This document shows, in pieces, positions 29,964 to 40,232 of a stretch of DNA of 64,000 nucleotides. The stretch covers positions 46,841-110,840 of the forward strand of contig JBFXLE010000010.1 of assembly GCA_050173015.1 (NCBI GenBank). The letters run 5' to 3'. The translations under genes were made by a program, and so were the position numbers. Origin of the DNA: Calditrichaceae bacterium. Lineage in GTDB: Bacteria; Calditrichota; Calditrichia; Calditrichales; JBFXGD01. Each line of letters opens with the position of its first letter. The first letter of the stretch is position 1. The notes under the pieces were generated by a model, which saw only the letters and a list, made by a program, of their open reading frames with translations, was not told the DNA's origin and ran no database searches.

Positions 29964-30003
29964 ATCGGTTACGCTGATTGGCTGTTCAATTCGCCATGGA
30001 TCA

Positions 30004-30474
30004 TTAATCTCTCAGTGTCGCGACCAGGCGATCAGGGTTGAGCAGCAGCTCAAAAGCCGAGCTAATATCTTTAACGACGATATCCGCGGAATAGATCGAT
30101 TCCACACAAATCCCTTCACCCTCTATAACCGCGATGCCAAGAAGAGAATTTTTCAGCATCAACCGGTCATTTCTTCCGTTCCCTATAGAAACAACATGAG
30201 AAATGCCCAATTGTTCCGTATATTTCAGCTTCCCGTCGGACTGGTTTTCCGAAGAAATGATGTGTATCCGGCAGGGATATCCTTTGAGTTCACGCTGCAC
30301 ACTGCCAAAGGTATCCGCTGTAAGGACATGCAGATCGAGCTGTTCTGACAGTTTTTCAAAATATCCCTTAACCTCCCCAAACACCTTTCCGTCAAGGGCA
30401 AGCGTACCGTTATAATCCATCACCAGATGTTTTATCCGCAACAAACCCGATCCCGGTATATTGATTTCTATCAT
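30004..30474 (-). CDS. HAD-superfamily protein (soluble P-type-ATPase-like, COG4087-type)
   Basis: 156 aa. DYNGT (HAD motif I-like) and GNGRND (motif IV, GDGxND-like). It starts 2 nt after the response-regulator stop. Confidence 0.6.
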   Translation of the reverse strand: MIEINIPGSGLLRIKHLVMDYNGTLALDGKVFGEVKGYFEKLSEQLDLHVLTADTFGSVQRELKGYPCRIHIISSENQSDGKLKYTEQLGISHVVSIGNGRNDRLMLKNSLLGIAVIEGEGICVESIYSADIVVKDISSAFELLLNPDRLVATLRD

Positions 30475-30476
30475 CC

Positions 30477-31934
30477 TTATGATTTCTCCGGGTTGTTTTT
30501 AAACGGACCGGCTTCAATACCATATCTTTTGAGCATCTTATGAAGCCCCACCCGACTAATACCAAGAACCATCGCGGATTGTTGTATATTCCCGTTCATC
30601 TCACGCAGAGTATTTGTAATCATCGTTCGCTCCAGATCCGCGACAGCTTCCTTTAGATTATGATTTTTTTGAAGACTAAATCCGGTTGAAATTTCCGTGT
30701 TTTGAAATCTCACGGATAACATATCCGCCGAGATGACTCCATGCTGATCTGCCAGGGTAACCAGACGCTCTATTTCGTTTTCAAGCTCCCTGATGTTGCC
30801 CGGATAATCGGCATTTGTCAGGATTTGAATCACCTCTTCATCCATCCGCTCTATTTCTTTTCCGATTCGACGCGTATATTTTTGCAAAAAATGACTGATC
30901 AGCTCCGGGATATCCTGCTTTCTTTCGCTCAGCGGCGGTAAAATCAGCGGGAAAACACTTAATCGATAAAAAAGATCTTCACGGAAACGGCCATCCTGAA
31001 CGTCTTTCCGGAGGTCTCTGTTTGTCGCGGCCACAATTCTTACATCAACTTTTTTAGTCTTTGAAGCGCCGACCGGTTTTATCTCGCCCTCCTGGAGCAC
31101 CCTGAGCAACCCCAACTGCAAAGCCGGAGTAGTGTCGCCTATTTCATCCAGAAAAACAGTCCCTTTATCCGCGGTTTCAAACAGCCCCTTTTTATCCTGT
31201 ATGGCGCCGGTGAACGCTCCTTTTACATGTCCGAACAGTTCGCTTTGCAGAAGCGTATCCGGAATAGCCCCGCAATTTTGCGCGACAAATATATTGTCTT
31301 TACGGTTGCTGTTATAATGAATCATCTTTGCCAGCAGCTCTTTCCCCGTCCCGGTTTCTCCCAGGATGAGCACGGTCGTCGGGGTCTCAACCACCTTCCG
31401 GACCAATTTGAATATCTTGAGCATCTTAGGACTGTGCCCGATAAAATTCCCCAGATCGAGTTGTTTTTCCACCTGTTTCTGAAGTTCGACATTTTCGCTG
31501 GCAAGCTGCCGGTTCGCCCGAAGAAGCTGTTCCTGCAGCTGAGTATTCCGCGCGGAAAGCCGGAATCTTTCGACGGCGCGGCGCACCGCCAGTTTGAGTT
31601 CATCCGGCTCGAATGGTTTTGAGATATACTGGTAAATCTGCGCCTGATTCACCGCGTTTATAGATGCTTCAATATCCGCGTAACCGGTGATCATGATCCT
31701 CACCGCTTCCGGCTGAATCTTTATGGCTTCGCTTAAAAAGGTCACTCCGTCCATTACGGGCATACGCTGATCGGCCAGAATAACCGCCACATCGCGCTCT
31801 TTCAGGTGTTCGAGGGCTTCTCTGCCGCTTTCGGCAGTAAGCACGTCATAGTCACGGCGAAATATATGTTTCATTGTGTTCAATATTTCCGGCTGATCAT
31901 CCACAATCAGGATGGAGTCTTTTTTCTCAGTCAT
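30477..31934 (-). CDS. sigma-54-dependent response regulator (NtrC family enhancer-binding protein)
   Basis: 485 aa. REC domain (ILIVDDQP...DQRMP), AAA+ domain (GETGTGKE, ELFGHVKGAFTGA, the GAFTGA loop), and a C-terminal Fis-type HTH. Confidence 0.9.
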   Translation of the reverse strand: MTEKKDSILIVDDQPEILNTMKHIFRRDYDVLTAESGREALEHLKERDVAVILADQRMPVMDGVTFLSEAIKIQPEAVRIMITGYADIEASINAVNQAQIYQYISKPFEPDELKLAVRRAVERFRLSARNTQLQEQLLRANRQLASENVELQKQVEKQLDLGNFIGHSPKMLKIFKLVRKVVETPTTVLILGETGTGKELLAKMIHYNSNRKDNIFVAQNCGAIPDTLLQSELFGHVKGAFTGAIQDKKGLFETADKGTVFLDEIGDTTPALQLGLLRVLQEGEIKPVGASKTKKVDVRIVAATNRDLRKDVQDGRFREDLFYRLSVFPLILPPLSERKQDIPELISHFLQKYTRRIGKEIERMDEEVIQILTNADYPGNIRELENEIERLVTLADQHGVISADMLSVRFQNTEISTGFSLQKNHNLKEAVADLERTMITNTLREMNGNIQQSAMVLGISRVGLHKMLKRYGIEAGPFKNNPEKS

Positions 31935-34900
31935 TTTTCTCTCCGGCGGCGCCTGACAATGGCAGCCTTATGATAAATTTAGTACCCTTTCCGATCTGAC
32001 TTTCCACTTCAATCGTCCCCTTATGATGCTGAATTATCGAATATGAAATACTGAGTCCGAGCCCCGTGCCCTTATTGACATCCTTTGTAGTAAAAAACGG
32101 ATCAAAAATTTTCGGAATGACTTTAGCGGGGATACCCGACCCGCTGTCTTCAATCTCCACCGTCATAAATTTATCGTCAGAATAGGTTCGCAGGCATATT
32201 GATCCTTTGCCCTTAATGGATTGCAGGGCGTTGGAAATTAAATTGACAAACACCTGATTCAACTGGCCGGGATTACATAAAAACCTGGGATCATCACGAA
32301 AATCTTTTATGATCTCTATAGATTCCGGGATTTGATGCCGTAAAATTTTTAAACTGCTTTCCAGTCCTGAAACCACACTTGCCTCTTTCCATTCCGCCTG
32401 ATCCAGCCTGGAAAAATTTTTCAGATTCTGTACCAGTTCTTTTACTGTTCTGCTGCCGTTCTGACTGTCATTGATGATATTCCTCAAATCATCCAGGATC
32501 GCGGGGAACTGAGTAAAAACCGCGTGCTCCGGCGGGAGATCCAGTCCGGTCAGAATTTTATTGAGTTCATCCATATATCCGTTAAGAATATTCATATTCG
32601 CGTAAATAAAACTGACCGGATTATTTAATTCATGCGAAATTCCCGCCACCAGTTGTCCGAGGGATGCCATTTTTTCTGAATGGATTAGCTGCGCTTCCTT
32701 CTGTTGCAATTCCCGGAACAGTTTCTGAAGTTCATTGTTTTTCTCATCCAGCTCGTTATTCGTCCTTTCAAGCTCGGTGACATATTGTTCTTTTAACCGG
32801 GCCGTGGTCAGTTTTTTTACCAGTTCGGCGGTTTCTTCTATATAATTATTATTCTCGATCGTGATGGCGGCCTGATTGGATATAGTGGAAATTAACTGGA
32901 GATCCTGCTGATTCAACGGAGACTCTGAATGATTCATCTCAAGCGCGATCAGTCCATAAAGCAGTTGGTTTCGCTTCACCGGAATGAGCACATTAAGGTT
33001 CGTCTTTCCGGGTGTCAAATCCAATGCGGTCCGGCCGCGGTTTATAATTTTCTCATGGATCAGCTGTTCTCTTTCTTTATCATCAAAACGCAGCGTGGCG
33101 TTTTCTGAAAGATCTAAATTTGGCGGCACATAACCGGGTTTCATCTCACCCTGACCGTTGCAAAAGAAGGCGGCTTTCTCAATTTCATTATGCTGAATAA
33201 CAGTATCGACCAGTTTTTTGTACAAATCTTCATTACTGTGAATCTCTATCATCTGATCGCTTAATTCCTGAAGCAGCAATCTGAATCTCCCCCGCCGGCG
33301 TCTGATTTTAATCAGATGTTCAGAATACATAACCGAAACAATTCCGGCGAATAGCGTCAGCCCGTTCAGCGTAACCAACGCGTCGGTCATTACTCTCTGA
33401 CTAAAAACAATAAAAACGATCAGCGATACAATAAACCAGACCGTGAGCTGCATGGAAATGCTGAATGCTGTCCACTGATACCGTCTCAGACCCAGAGTAA
33501 CATAACCGTAAAGCAGCGCGGAAAGCAGTATAAACAGCATAAGACTAAACCAGAATGCAGATTGCCCGGCCCGATACTTGAATCCGTACCACCCGAAATA
33601 CAGCCCGCCGATAAGCGTCCCATACTCCGAAACCAAATAGGATTTTCCCGGCGTCAAACCGGTCAGCGTGATTCGCTTGCCGGAAGGAAAAAGTATTTCG
33701 GCGTTAAACCCGGCATATTGCCCCGCGCCAAAATGAATAACCGGATCCGATGAAGACAGATACCCCTTATTTGCCGAAACTTCCCTGAATCCGATTAGTT
33801 TTTTCAGAGAATCGTTTCCCGTATAAAAATAGACCTTCGCGCCGATGGCATCTCTGTTGGAACGAACGCCCGTCAACCGCAGACTGATGAAGTTTTTATT
33901 GTTGGTGGGATTTAAATAAATCTGGCTGAATTCATCCTTATTAGACACAAAAATATCCAGGTCACCGTCCCCGTCGAGATCCGCGGCGGCGCTCCCCGTG
34001 CTGTAGGTGTGACGGGTATCCGCGTCGTACCCGGGAAGAAATCCGCCCTGCCCGTCACCGAGATATAGCCGGTTGATCCCTTTAATTGTCAGAAAACTGT
34101 CCAGCCAGCCGTCATGATTAAAATCTTCGAACAATAGCCCGTAAACACTTTGGCCGATACGATAAAACGGATGCGACGTGACATTGACAAACCTGATTTT
34201 GCCCGGAAGTGATTCATTTCTGTAATAAAAAACAAACCCCTCCCTGGTGGCTACAAAAACATCCAAATCTCCATCGTTATCGATATCCGCGAAGGCCGCG
34301 CTGTTTGAAGAAATTGGCTGGGTAAGTGTCTGAAGATCCATTCGCAAAGGCGTGAAAATACCGGCGCCGTCATTTATCAGCAGATAGTCCGGGCTAAACC
34401 AATTGGCCACATATATATCCGGATCACCGTCCCCGTCAAGATCACCCGCGCATACACCCTGACTAACCGCCGAATCGATGAATGATTCCGTCCAGATTTG
34501 TTCCCTGAATTTACCGTTACCCTGATTTATCAGCAGACGGTTGCTAAAATGTTCATCGCTGATGTAGAGATCCAGATAACCATCCATATTTACATCGGTC
34601 CACAAGCCCTGATTTGCATCAACCGGCCCGGGCGCGTTCAGATTCCCGGTGGCGTCATCAAAGAGCACACCGCCGTTATTATGAAACAGCGTGATCGTTT
34701 TTCCCCATCCGGCCAGAAAAATATCCGGCAGGCCGTCATTATCATAGTCGGCAGCGGATGAACCCAGTTCGAGATTCGTCTGACCGCGCGGCATGAGATA
34801 TCCGCCAAGACCTGAATAAATCGTCCGGTCGATAAACGGGATAATCCCCCCGTTATTGATCAGCAGGCGGTTCAGATTTCTAAAACACACCAGATAAATA

Positions 34901-35094
34901 TCGGGGTAGCCATCATTGTTAAAATCCCTGAAGGCGACACCGTATCCATCATCAATATCGGGAATCAGACCGGTAATCAAGTTCGATTTCAGCATTTGGA
35001 AATCAGCATCACTTTCAGAAGACGCGGCGGCCGAAAAAAAAGAAATTACCAGGATGAAAAAGGCAAATACGATCGTTTTGTAATATTTATGCAT
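31927..35094 (-). CDS. sensor histidine kinase with periplasmic FG-GAP/VCBS beta-propeller (ASPIC/UnbV-like), multi-TM, GAF and HisKA-HATPase domains
   Basis: 1055 aa. There are six or more Ca-binding-type repeats ([54 protein letters not shown]). These are followed by hydrophobic helices, a coiled coil, the H-box GISHELNNP, and N/G boxes (NLISNA, DSGSGI, GTGLGL). It overlaps the regulator gene by 8 nt. Confidence 0.85.
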   Translation of the reverse strand: MHKYYKTIVFAFFILVISFFSAAASSESDADFQMLKSNLITGLIPDIDDGYGVAFRDFNNDGYPDIYLVCFRNLNRLLINNGGIIPFIDRTIYSGLGGYLMPRGQTNLELGSSAADYDNDGLPDIFLAGWGKTITLFHNNGGVLFDDATGNLNAPGPVDANQGLWTDVNMDGYLDLYISDEHFSNRLLINQGNGKFREQIWTESFIDSAVSQGVCAGDLDGDGDPDIYVANWFSPDYLLINDGAGIFTPLRMDLQTLTQPISSNSAAFADIDNDGDLDVFVATREGFVFYYRNESLPGKIRFVNVTSHPFYRIGQSVYGLLFEDFNHDGWLDSFLTIKGINRLYLGDGQGGFLPGYDADTRHTYSTGSAAADLDGDGDLDIFVSNKDEFSQIYLNPTNNKNFISLRLTGVRSNRDAIGAKVYFYTGNDSLKKLIGFREVSANKGYLSSSDPVIHFGAGQYAGFNAEILFPSGKRITLTGLTPGKSYLVSEYGTLIGGLYFGWYGFKYRAGQSAFWFSLMLFILLSALLYGYVTLGLRRYQWTAFSISMQLTVWFIVSLIVFIVFSQRVMTDALVTLNGLTLFAGIVSVMYSEHLIKIRRRRGRFRLLLQELSDQMIEIHSNEDLYKKLVDTVIQHNEIEKAAFFCNGQGEMKPGYVPPNLDLSENATLRFDDKEREQLIHEKIINRGRTALDLTPGKTNLNVLIPVKRNQLLYGLIALEMNHSESPLNQQDLQLISTISNQAAITIENNNYIEETAELVKKLTTARLKEQYVTELERTNNELDEKNNELQKLFRELQQKEAQLIHSEKMASLGQLVAGISHELNNPVSFIYANMNILNGYMDELNKILTGLDLPPEHAVFTQFPAILDDLRNIINDSQNGSRTVKELVQNLKNFSRLDQAEWKEASVVSGLESSLKILRHQIPESIEIIKDFRDDPRFLCNPGQLNQVFVNLISNALQSIKGKGSICLRTYSDDKFMTVEIEDSGSGIPAKVIPKIFDPFFTTKDVNKGTGLGLSISYSIIQHHKGTIEVESQIGKGTKFIIRLPLSGAAGEKND

Positions 35095-35344
35095 AACTCA
35101 CCCAATAGTGTTAACTCAATTTACACTATTCACCGGCATCTGGCAACAACGGGAGGAGAAATTGTAACGCTAACAAAAAAGACTCATCTTGAGCAACCTC
35201 ACAGACATTATAAATACAGAGATTATATTAATCATATTATACAGGCGTACGAAGATAAGATTTATGTCTATAAACAGCGAGCCTGATTTGTGAGTGAAAC
35301 ATTGTCCGGATGACTCCACGCGTTTAATAAGAAGGAAATTTAGA

Positions 35345-35668
35345 ATGAAACAATTAATTTTACTGTCTTTTTTGACTTTGTTTTTCATGTCCTGCGGATC
35401 CGGAACAAAAAAGCAAATTCAGTCCGCGCCCGTGATTGATCCGTTTGTGATGAACTGGTTTAAGGATAAGGTCAGCAAGAGTGAGGACACTCTTCCCGTG
35501 CTTGTATCGTGTCGTTCAGAAATTCAGGACATCTCTTTTCTAAAAATGAGCTCGGAAAATTATTATACGGGTCACATTACCCGTTCCCAGCTCGAGGAGT
35601 TAATGAAAGACGCGCGAATCATTAAAATTTCATCCGTAAAAAAGATCCCAATGTCTCCCAATAAATAA
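35345..35668 (+). CDS. small hypothetical lipoprotein upstream of the subtilase
   Basis: MKQLILLSFLTLFFMS-C-GSG lipobox, with GAAGGA upstream of ATG 35345. The track ORF begins earlier, at GTG 35294. Confidence 0.55.
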   Translation: MKQLILLSFLTLFFMSCGSGTKKQIQSAPVIDPFVMNWFKDKVSKSEDTLPVLVSCRSEIQDISFLKMSSENYYTGHITRSQLEELMKDARIIKISSVKKIPMSPNK

Positions 35669-35678
35669 AGAGGTCGAA

Positions 35679-37811
35679 ATGAAAAAGTTTTTAATCCTTA
35701 TTCTTCTGTTGAGCGGTTTTGTTTACAGTCAGACGGTTGATCCGTTTCTTCATCAATATCAGGCTCGGTTGGCAAAAAAGGCCGGTGCTGAGAAAATTAG
35801 TTTGATTGTCAGCGGCGATGATCATCTGACCGACTATTTACTTCAGAACGGTTTCAGATATCAGACAAAGACCGGCAATATCGCGACGGTCACCATCCTC
35901 GCCTCAGACCTGCCAAAACTCATGAACGTAAAGGGGATACAAAAAATCACGCTTGGCCCTAAAAAGAAACCGATGAATGCCAGAGCGGTAGATTATCAGA
36001 ATGTGGATGTTTCCTACAACGCGGGATACACGGGAGACGGCGTCATTGTGGGGGTGATTGACACCGGTATCGATTTCTATCATCCGATGTTCAAAAAACA
36101 GGACGGCGCCACACGCCTGATGTATCTTTGGGATCAGACCGATGACTCCACTCAGGGAACACCTCCCGCGAATTATCAGATCGGCATTGAATACAGCGCG
36201 TCTCAGATTGATATGGATTTTATGTCGGGCAGCCCTTATTCCATTGTTAAACAGAAAGACACCGACGGGCACGGGACGCACGTGACGGGATCAGCCGCCG
36301 GTTTTAATTACACGATTTCACCGGATACGCTTCACGGCGGCGCCAGAGACGCCAACATTATTTTTGTAAAAACCACGTTCTCATCAGCGGATATCATTGA
36401 TGGGATCAGTTACATTTTTGATAAGGCGGAAGCCGCGGGCAAACCGTGTGTGATCAATCTCAGCCTGGGCAGTCAGTTCGGGCCCCATGACGGCAGCGAC
36501 GATGAAGCGAAGGCTATCGACGCGCTCACCGGACCGGGAAAGGTGATTGTGCGGTCCGCCGGAAATAATGGCGGTGACTATGTGCACAGCTATAAAGAAA
36601 ATGTTGTGGCAACCGACACTGTCAGGTTTGAATATGTTGATTACATGAATCTATGGATCGAGGCCGGTGACAACCTGCAGAGCGTTTCTCTCAAATACAG
36701 CGGCGGCTCCATTCTTAATGTCACTAAAAACAACGTAAAATCCGCAAACGGGATCGATGTTTATTTCTTCGCTGCAGATCCGAACAACAACCAGTTGTCC
36801 GTTTTTGTACTCATGGATAACGAGTCACTTGATGGTCAGACTTTTGACCTGATTTTGACCAGTTTAAGCGATGCCAATTCTTCCGGTACAATAAAAAGAC
36901 ACGCCTGGTCCGGTTCGGGGGCCATGTTGAATCCTTACGGCGGATTCTCACAGGGTACCAGTTACGGATCCTATCTGCACTATCCATATACCCTGGGAAA
37001 TGAAGCCTGCGGCAAAAAAGTGGTTGCTGTCGGCGCGTTCAAATCACTTAAATCATGGCCCTCTGTCGATGGCAAGAACTATGAATTTCTGATATCCGGA
37101 GAAGAGGGCGGGATCGCTGATTTCAGCGCCATCGGGCCAACGGTTGACGGTAGGAATAAACCCGACATCATCGCCGGAGGAACCATCATTCTCTCCGCCA
37201 GAAGTAATGACGCCTCGTATGATGATCCATTCTTACCACCGGCGCCCTATACCGATCATTACGCCTATATGCAGGGTACCTCCATGTCGTCTCCCGTAGC
37301 CGCGGGAGCCATTGCCCTTTTACTGGAAAAAAATTCCTCCTGGAGTTACACGGAGGCGCTTGATTATCTTTCTCATCACGCGCAAGGCACTTCATCAACT
37401 TATTCAACGAGTGAGGTTATCGTTAAAAGCAATCCCAATGTATGGGACCGGGTATTTGGCTACGGAGCCATCGATTTGACCGATGCTTTCACACCAACGG
37501 CGATCACGGATGACGAGCCGTTTGTCGCGCGGGAATACAGCCTGGAACAGAATTATCCGAATCCGTTTAATCCATCGACCACCATCGCGTTTGATCTGAA
37601 AAATGAAACCAATATTCAGTTAAAAATCTATGACGTTTTAGGAAAAGAAGTCAGGAGTCTGGCCGACGGGAAATTTACAGCCGGTAAACATCAGATATCC
37701 TGGGACGGAAAAAACAGCCACGGCAGTTTGTTGAGTTCGGGTGTTTATTTTTATGAGCTCAGCGCCGCGGACGGATTCAAAACCCGCCGAAAGATGATTT
37801 TGATGAAATAG
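35679..37811 (+). CDS. S8 family (subtilisin-like) serine peptidase with T9SS C-terminal sorting domain
   Basis: 710 aa. Catalytic Asp (VGVIDTGID), His (DGHGTHVTG) and Ser (GTSMSSPVAAG). The C-terminal ~80 aa (NYPNPFNPSTTIAFDL...SGVYFYEL...KMILMK) match the Por/T9SS CTD pattern. Confidence 0.9.
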   Translation: MKKFLILILLLSGFVYSQTVDPFLHQYQARLAKKAGAEKISLIVSGDDHLTDYLLQNGFRYQTKTGNIATVTILASDLPKLMNVKGIQKITLGPKKKPMNARAVDYQNVDVSYNAGYTGDGVIVGVIDTGIDFYHPMFKKQDGATRLMYLWDQTDDSTQGTPPANYQIGIEYSASQIDMDFMSGSPYSIVKQKDTDGHGTHVTGSAAGFNYTISPDTLHGGARDANIIFVKTTFSSADIIDGISYIFDKAEAAGKPCVINLSLGSQFGPHDGSDDEAKAIDALTGPGKVIVRSAGNNGGDYVHSYKENVVATDTVRFEYVDYMNLWIEAGDNLQSVSLKYSGGSILNVTKNNVKSANGIDVYFFAADPNNNQLSVFVLMDNESLDGQTFDLILTSLSDANSSGTIKRHAWSGSGAMLNPYGGFSQGTSYGSYLHYPYTLGNEACGKKVVAVGAFKSLKSWPSVDGKNYEFLISGEEGGIADFSAIGPTVDGRNKPDIIAGGTIILSARSNDASYDDPFLPPAPYTDHYAYMQGTSMSSPVAAGAIALLLEKNSSWSYTEALDYLSHHAQGTSSTYSTSEVIVKSNPNVWDRVFGYGAIDLTDAFTPTAITDDEPFVAREYSLEQNYPNPFNPSTTIAFDLKNETNIQLKIYDVLGKEVRSLADGKFTAGKHQISWDGKNSHGSLLSSGVYFYELSAADGFKTRRKMILMK

Positions 37812-37824
37812 TTACGATGATCAT

Positions 37825-37867
37825 GCTATGATTGGGAACCCGATTTCCCGATCATAGCTTTTTTTTG
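37825..37867 (+). terminator. intrinsic terminator after the subtilase gene
   Basis: 13-bp stem GCTATGATTGGGA / TCCCGATCATAGC (one G-U pair), 8-nt loop, T8 run. Confidence 0.8.
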
Positions 37868-38268
37868 ATCTGATTTCCCCGCCCAAAAAATCAACCGGCT
37901 TCCATCAAAGAAAATTGTAAAAATCTAAAGCCGGGATCAATCTGAAAATCTTCATTGACAATCATGTGCAATTTATTACCGATTGCGTTGGAATGTAATA
38001 ATGAACCTTAAAATTGTCGAGGGTAACCCTTAGCGGAGAAAAGTAGGCAACCCGATTAACCTTATATTCATAGTTTTTAACCTGAGTAGCAAAATAACTC
38101 CACACCATTCATTTACGTTTCGGAATTGATGGTTGCCAGGCAATAGCACCGTACACATAATGGGTGTATCGTTTGTCAGACTAATTCCAAAGTCAATAAA
38201 GTAATAAGGTTTTGTGTTTTTGCTGATTTTATGCCACTAAGGTCAACAAGCAAAAATAAGGTCTATGA

Positions 38269-38544
38269 GTTTTGCATATCCGCGTGACAGATGAAATGGG
38301 TTATCTGCCTTTAGACCGTAATGTCACCAATCTCTTTTTTCAGTTGGAATCCCTCGTTACGAAAGGATCTATTATCCACACCGGCAATAAAAGTTACCTG
38401 GATTGGGGAATGCTGTTTCCGGACGAAGGGATTGTTGCGGCTATTTTAGATCAATTGTTTCATTATTCCAAAACGGTAAAAATCACCGGTCAATCATACC
38501 GCCTGGCGATGAAAAAGAAGGTGGGACTTTTTGAAAATAAGTAA
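38269..38544 (+). pseudogene. istB: IS21-family IstB (ATP-binding helper) C-terminal remnant
   Basis: The translation ...DEMGYLPLDRNVTNLFFQL...KGSIIHTGNKSYLDWGMLFPDEGIVAAILDQLFHYSKTVKITGQSYRL matches the C-terminal ~90 aa of IstB (..DE.GY.PLD...ANLFFQL...YE.GS.I.TSN..F..W...F.D......A.LDRL.HH......G.SYRL). The Walker A/N-terminal part, istA and inverted repeats are all absent. Confidence 0.7.
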
Positions 38545-38613
38545 AAATTTTTAACCAAAAGCGGGGAGTTTTAAATTCCGTTTTTTGGGGAAATGTAAAT
38601 TCCTCTTGACAAG

Positions 38614-38684
38614 GGATGAAATCTATGTAGAAAAACAGACACCACACCATTCCGCGGCCCCATAGGGGTCGAACAATTACAGCC
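38614..38684 (-). repeat. REP-like repeat copy A (TTCTACA module plus GC hairpin)
   Basis: GGATGAAATCTATGTAGAAAAA...CCGCGGCCCCATAGGGGTCGAACAATTACAGCC. It is homologous to copy B (38799-38869) and to 45427-45478 in the opposite orientation. Confidence 0.6.
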
Positions 38685-38798
38685 AAATCCCCATTTATAC
38701 AAAGATGTGACGCCTCGGGCGTCAGGTGTTTATCATATAACCAATATTTATACATCAACCCCGGGATTTAAACGCAACCGTCATTCCCAATCCCGGAT

Positions 38799-38869
38799 GG
38801 ATGAAATTTTTGTAGAATGATTAACACCAGACGAGTCCGCGACCCCGCAGGGGTCGTACAATTACCGCC
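38799..38869 (-). repeat. REP-like repeat copy B (TTCTACA module plus GC hairpin)
   Basis: GGATGAAATTTTTGTAGAATGA...CCGCGACCCCGCAGGGGTCGTACAATTACCGCC, with a perfect 6-bp hairpin GACCCC-GCA-GGGGTC. Confidence 0.6.
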
Positions 38870-38893
38870 TGACAGTTTGTACTCAACTCATGT

Positions 38894-39265
38894 TCAGACG
38901 TGCTGATCAATCAAAATCGGGTTTCCATCAGGATCCGTTACCATGAAGCTCGCGGGTCCTTTGCCACTCTCATCGGATTCATTCTCAATACGCAAACCTT
39001 GCCTTTTGAGCTCCCGCTGAAGGTCGCGTACGTCTGTGAATGAATCAAGCGTATTAGCGTTTTGGTCCCAACCAGGATTGAAAGTCAAAATATTTTTTTC
39101 AAACATGCCCTGAAATAAACCAATAATGTGATCTTCATTCTTCATTATCAGCCAATTTTGCGCCGCGTCTCCACCGAAAACATGGAATCCTAATTTCATG
39201 TAAAAGGACTTTGAAGTTTCGAGATCTTTGACATTTAGACTTACAGAAAATGCGCCTAATTTCAT
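38894..39265 (-). CDS. VOC family protein (glyoxalase/bleomycin-resistance fold)
   Basis: 123 aa. The N-terminal beta-alpha-beta-beta-beta module pattern (..[20 protein letters not shown]) is repeated in the C-terminal half (...[15 protein letters not shown]). Confidence 0.7.
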   Translation of the reverse strand: MKLGAFSVSLNVKDLETSKSFYMKLGFHVFGGDAAQNWLIMKNEDHIIGLFQGMFEKNILTFNPGWDQNANTLDSFTDVRDLQRELKRQGLRIENESDESGKGPASFMVTDPDGNPILIDQHV

Positions 39266-39500
39266 ACGACTCTCCAGTTATTTTATGATTTTTGGGTCCG
39301 AGGAATATAAACGACGATTACAAATTAATAATTTCATTGCTGCACTATCCGGGCCAATATCTAACGGATGGCGAATAATGGGCGCCAAACCACGCGCCCG
39401 GCGACTTGATTTTTGCATAACCCATTCACGGTTTACTAAAAAAACACTCAACCGGTTTGCGTTTGGACTCCGGTTGACGCGCCGGTTATACGGAATTTTC

Positions 39501-40121
39501 TTAACCATGCACTAAAATGCTTATTCCAACCCATAATTGATATATTCCAAAACCGAACAATACAATCGATGACAGTCCAACCAGGGTCCTGCTCACTTTT
39601 GAACCAAATTTTTGAGCGAATCCAAACAGAATAATTATTCCCGCTAAAGTCAATATCATCGTGAAATAAAAACCAAAAATCAAGGCCAGCCCATTTATGG
39701 GAGCCCCATTCCATCCTTCAAGAAAAAGCGGTCCCATAATTAAACTCCATCCTAAATACGGAGCCGGATTTAATAGATTTACAAATATCGCGTTAAATAG
39801 GGTTTGCTTTGCCGATTCATTCGTGATCGCATGGCTTACATCGAATACTTTCCAGGATTTAAAAGCCATAAATCCGAGATAAAAAAGGAATAACCCGCCG
39901 CCAATTCTTAACAGGATTATAAAACTTTCCGGCATCGTGCTGAGCAAGTATAAGACCACTATAAGAATTGGAATATCGCTGATTAAAGGCGCAAACGCGG
40001 TAGGTAAGGTTGAACGCCATCCATTTTTGAGAGTTTGAGATATTATATATGTTAGAAGAGGGCCCGGCTGAACTGCCGCCGCGAACGCGTAGGTTATTCC
40101 AAAGATTAAATAACTTATCAT
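39501..40121 (-). CDS. LysE/RhtB family amino-acid exporter
   Basis: 206 aa with 5-6 TM segments. The N-terminal AAAVQPGP motif is typical of the LysE superfamily. Confidence 0.75.
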   Translation of the reverse strand: MISYLIFGITYAFAAAVQPGPLLTYIISQTLKNGWRSTLPTAFAPLISDIPILIVVLYLLSTMPESFIILLRIGGGLFLFYLGFMAFKSWKVFDVSHAITNESAKQTLFNAIFVNLLNPAPYLGWSLIMGPLFLEGWNGAPINGLALIFGFYFTMILTLAGIIILFGFAQKFGSKVSRTLVGLSSIVLFGFGIYQLWVGISILVHG

Positions 40122-40232
40122 TTTAACTTAAATATTCCGGTATTTTCATAGCATGGGCCCTAATAACATAATATTACCCCGCGACTAAAGGTACCGTTCA
40201 AGGCAGATACCGACTAGAATGACCGTGATTTA

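Noticed and set aside
38483-39714. Several short ORFs (38483..38758, 39228..39515, 39278..39508, 39448..39714).
   Set aside because: They lie across REP-like repeats or intergenic DNA, or overlap the ends of well-supported genes (VOC, LysE). They have no motifs and mutually overlap in different frames.
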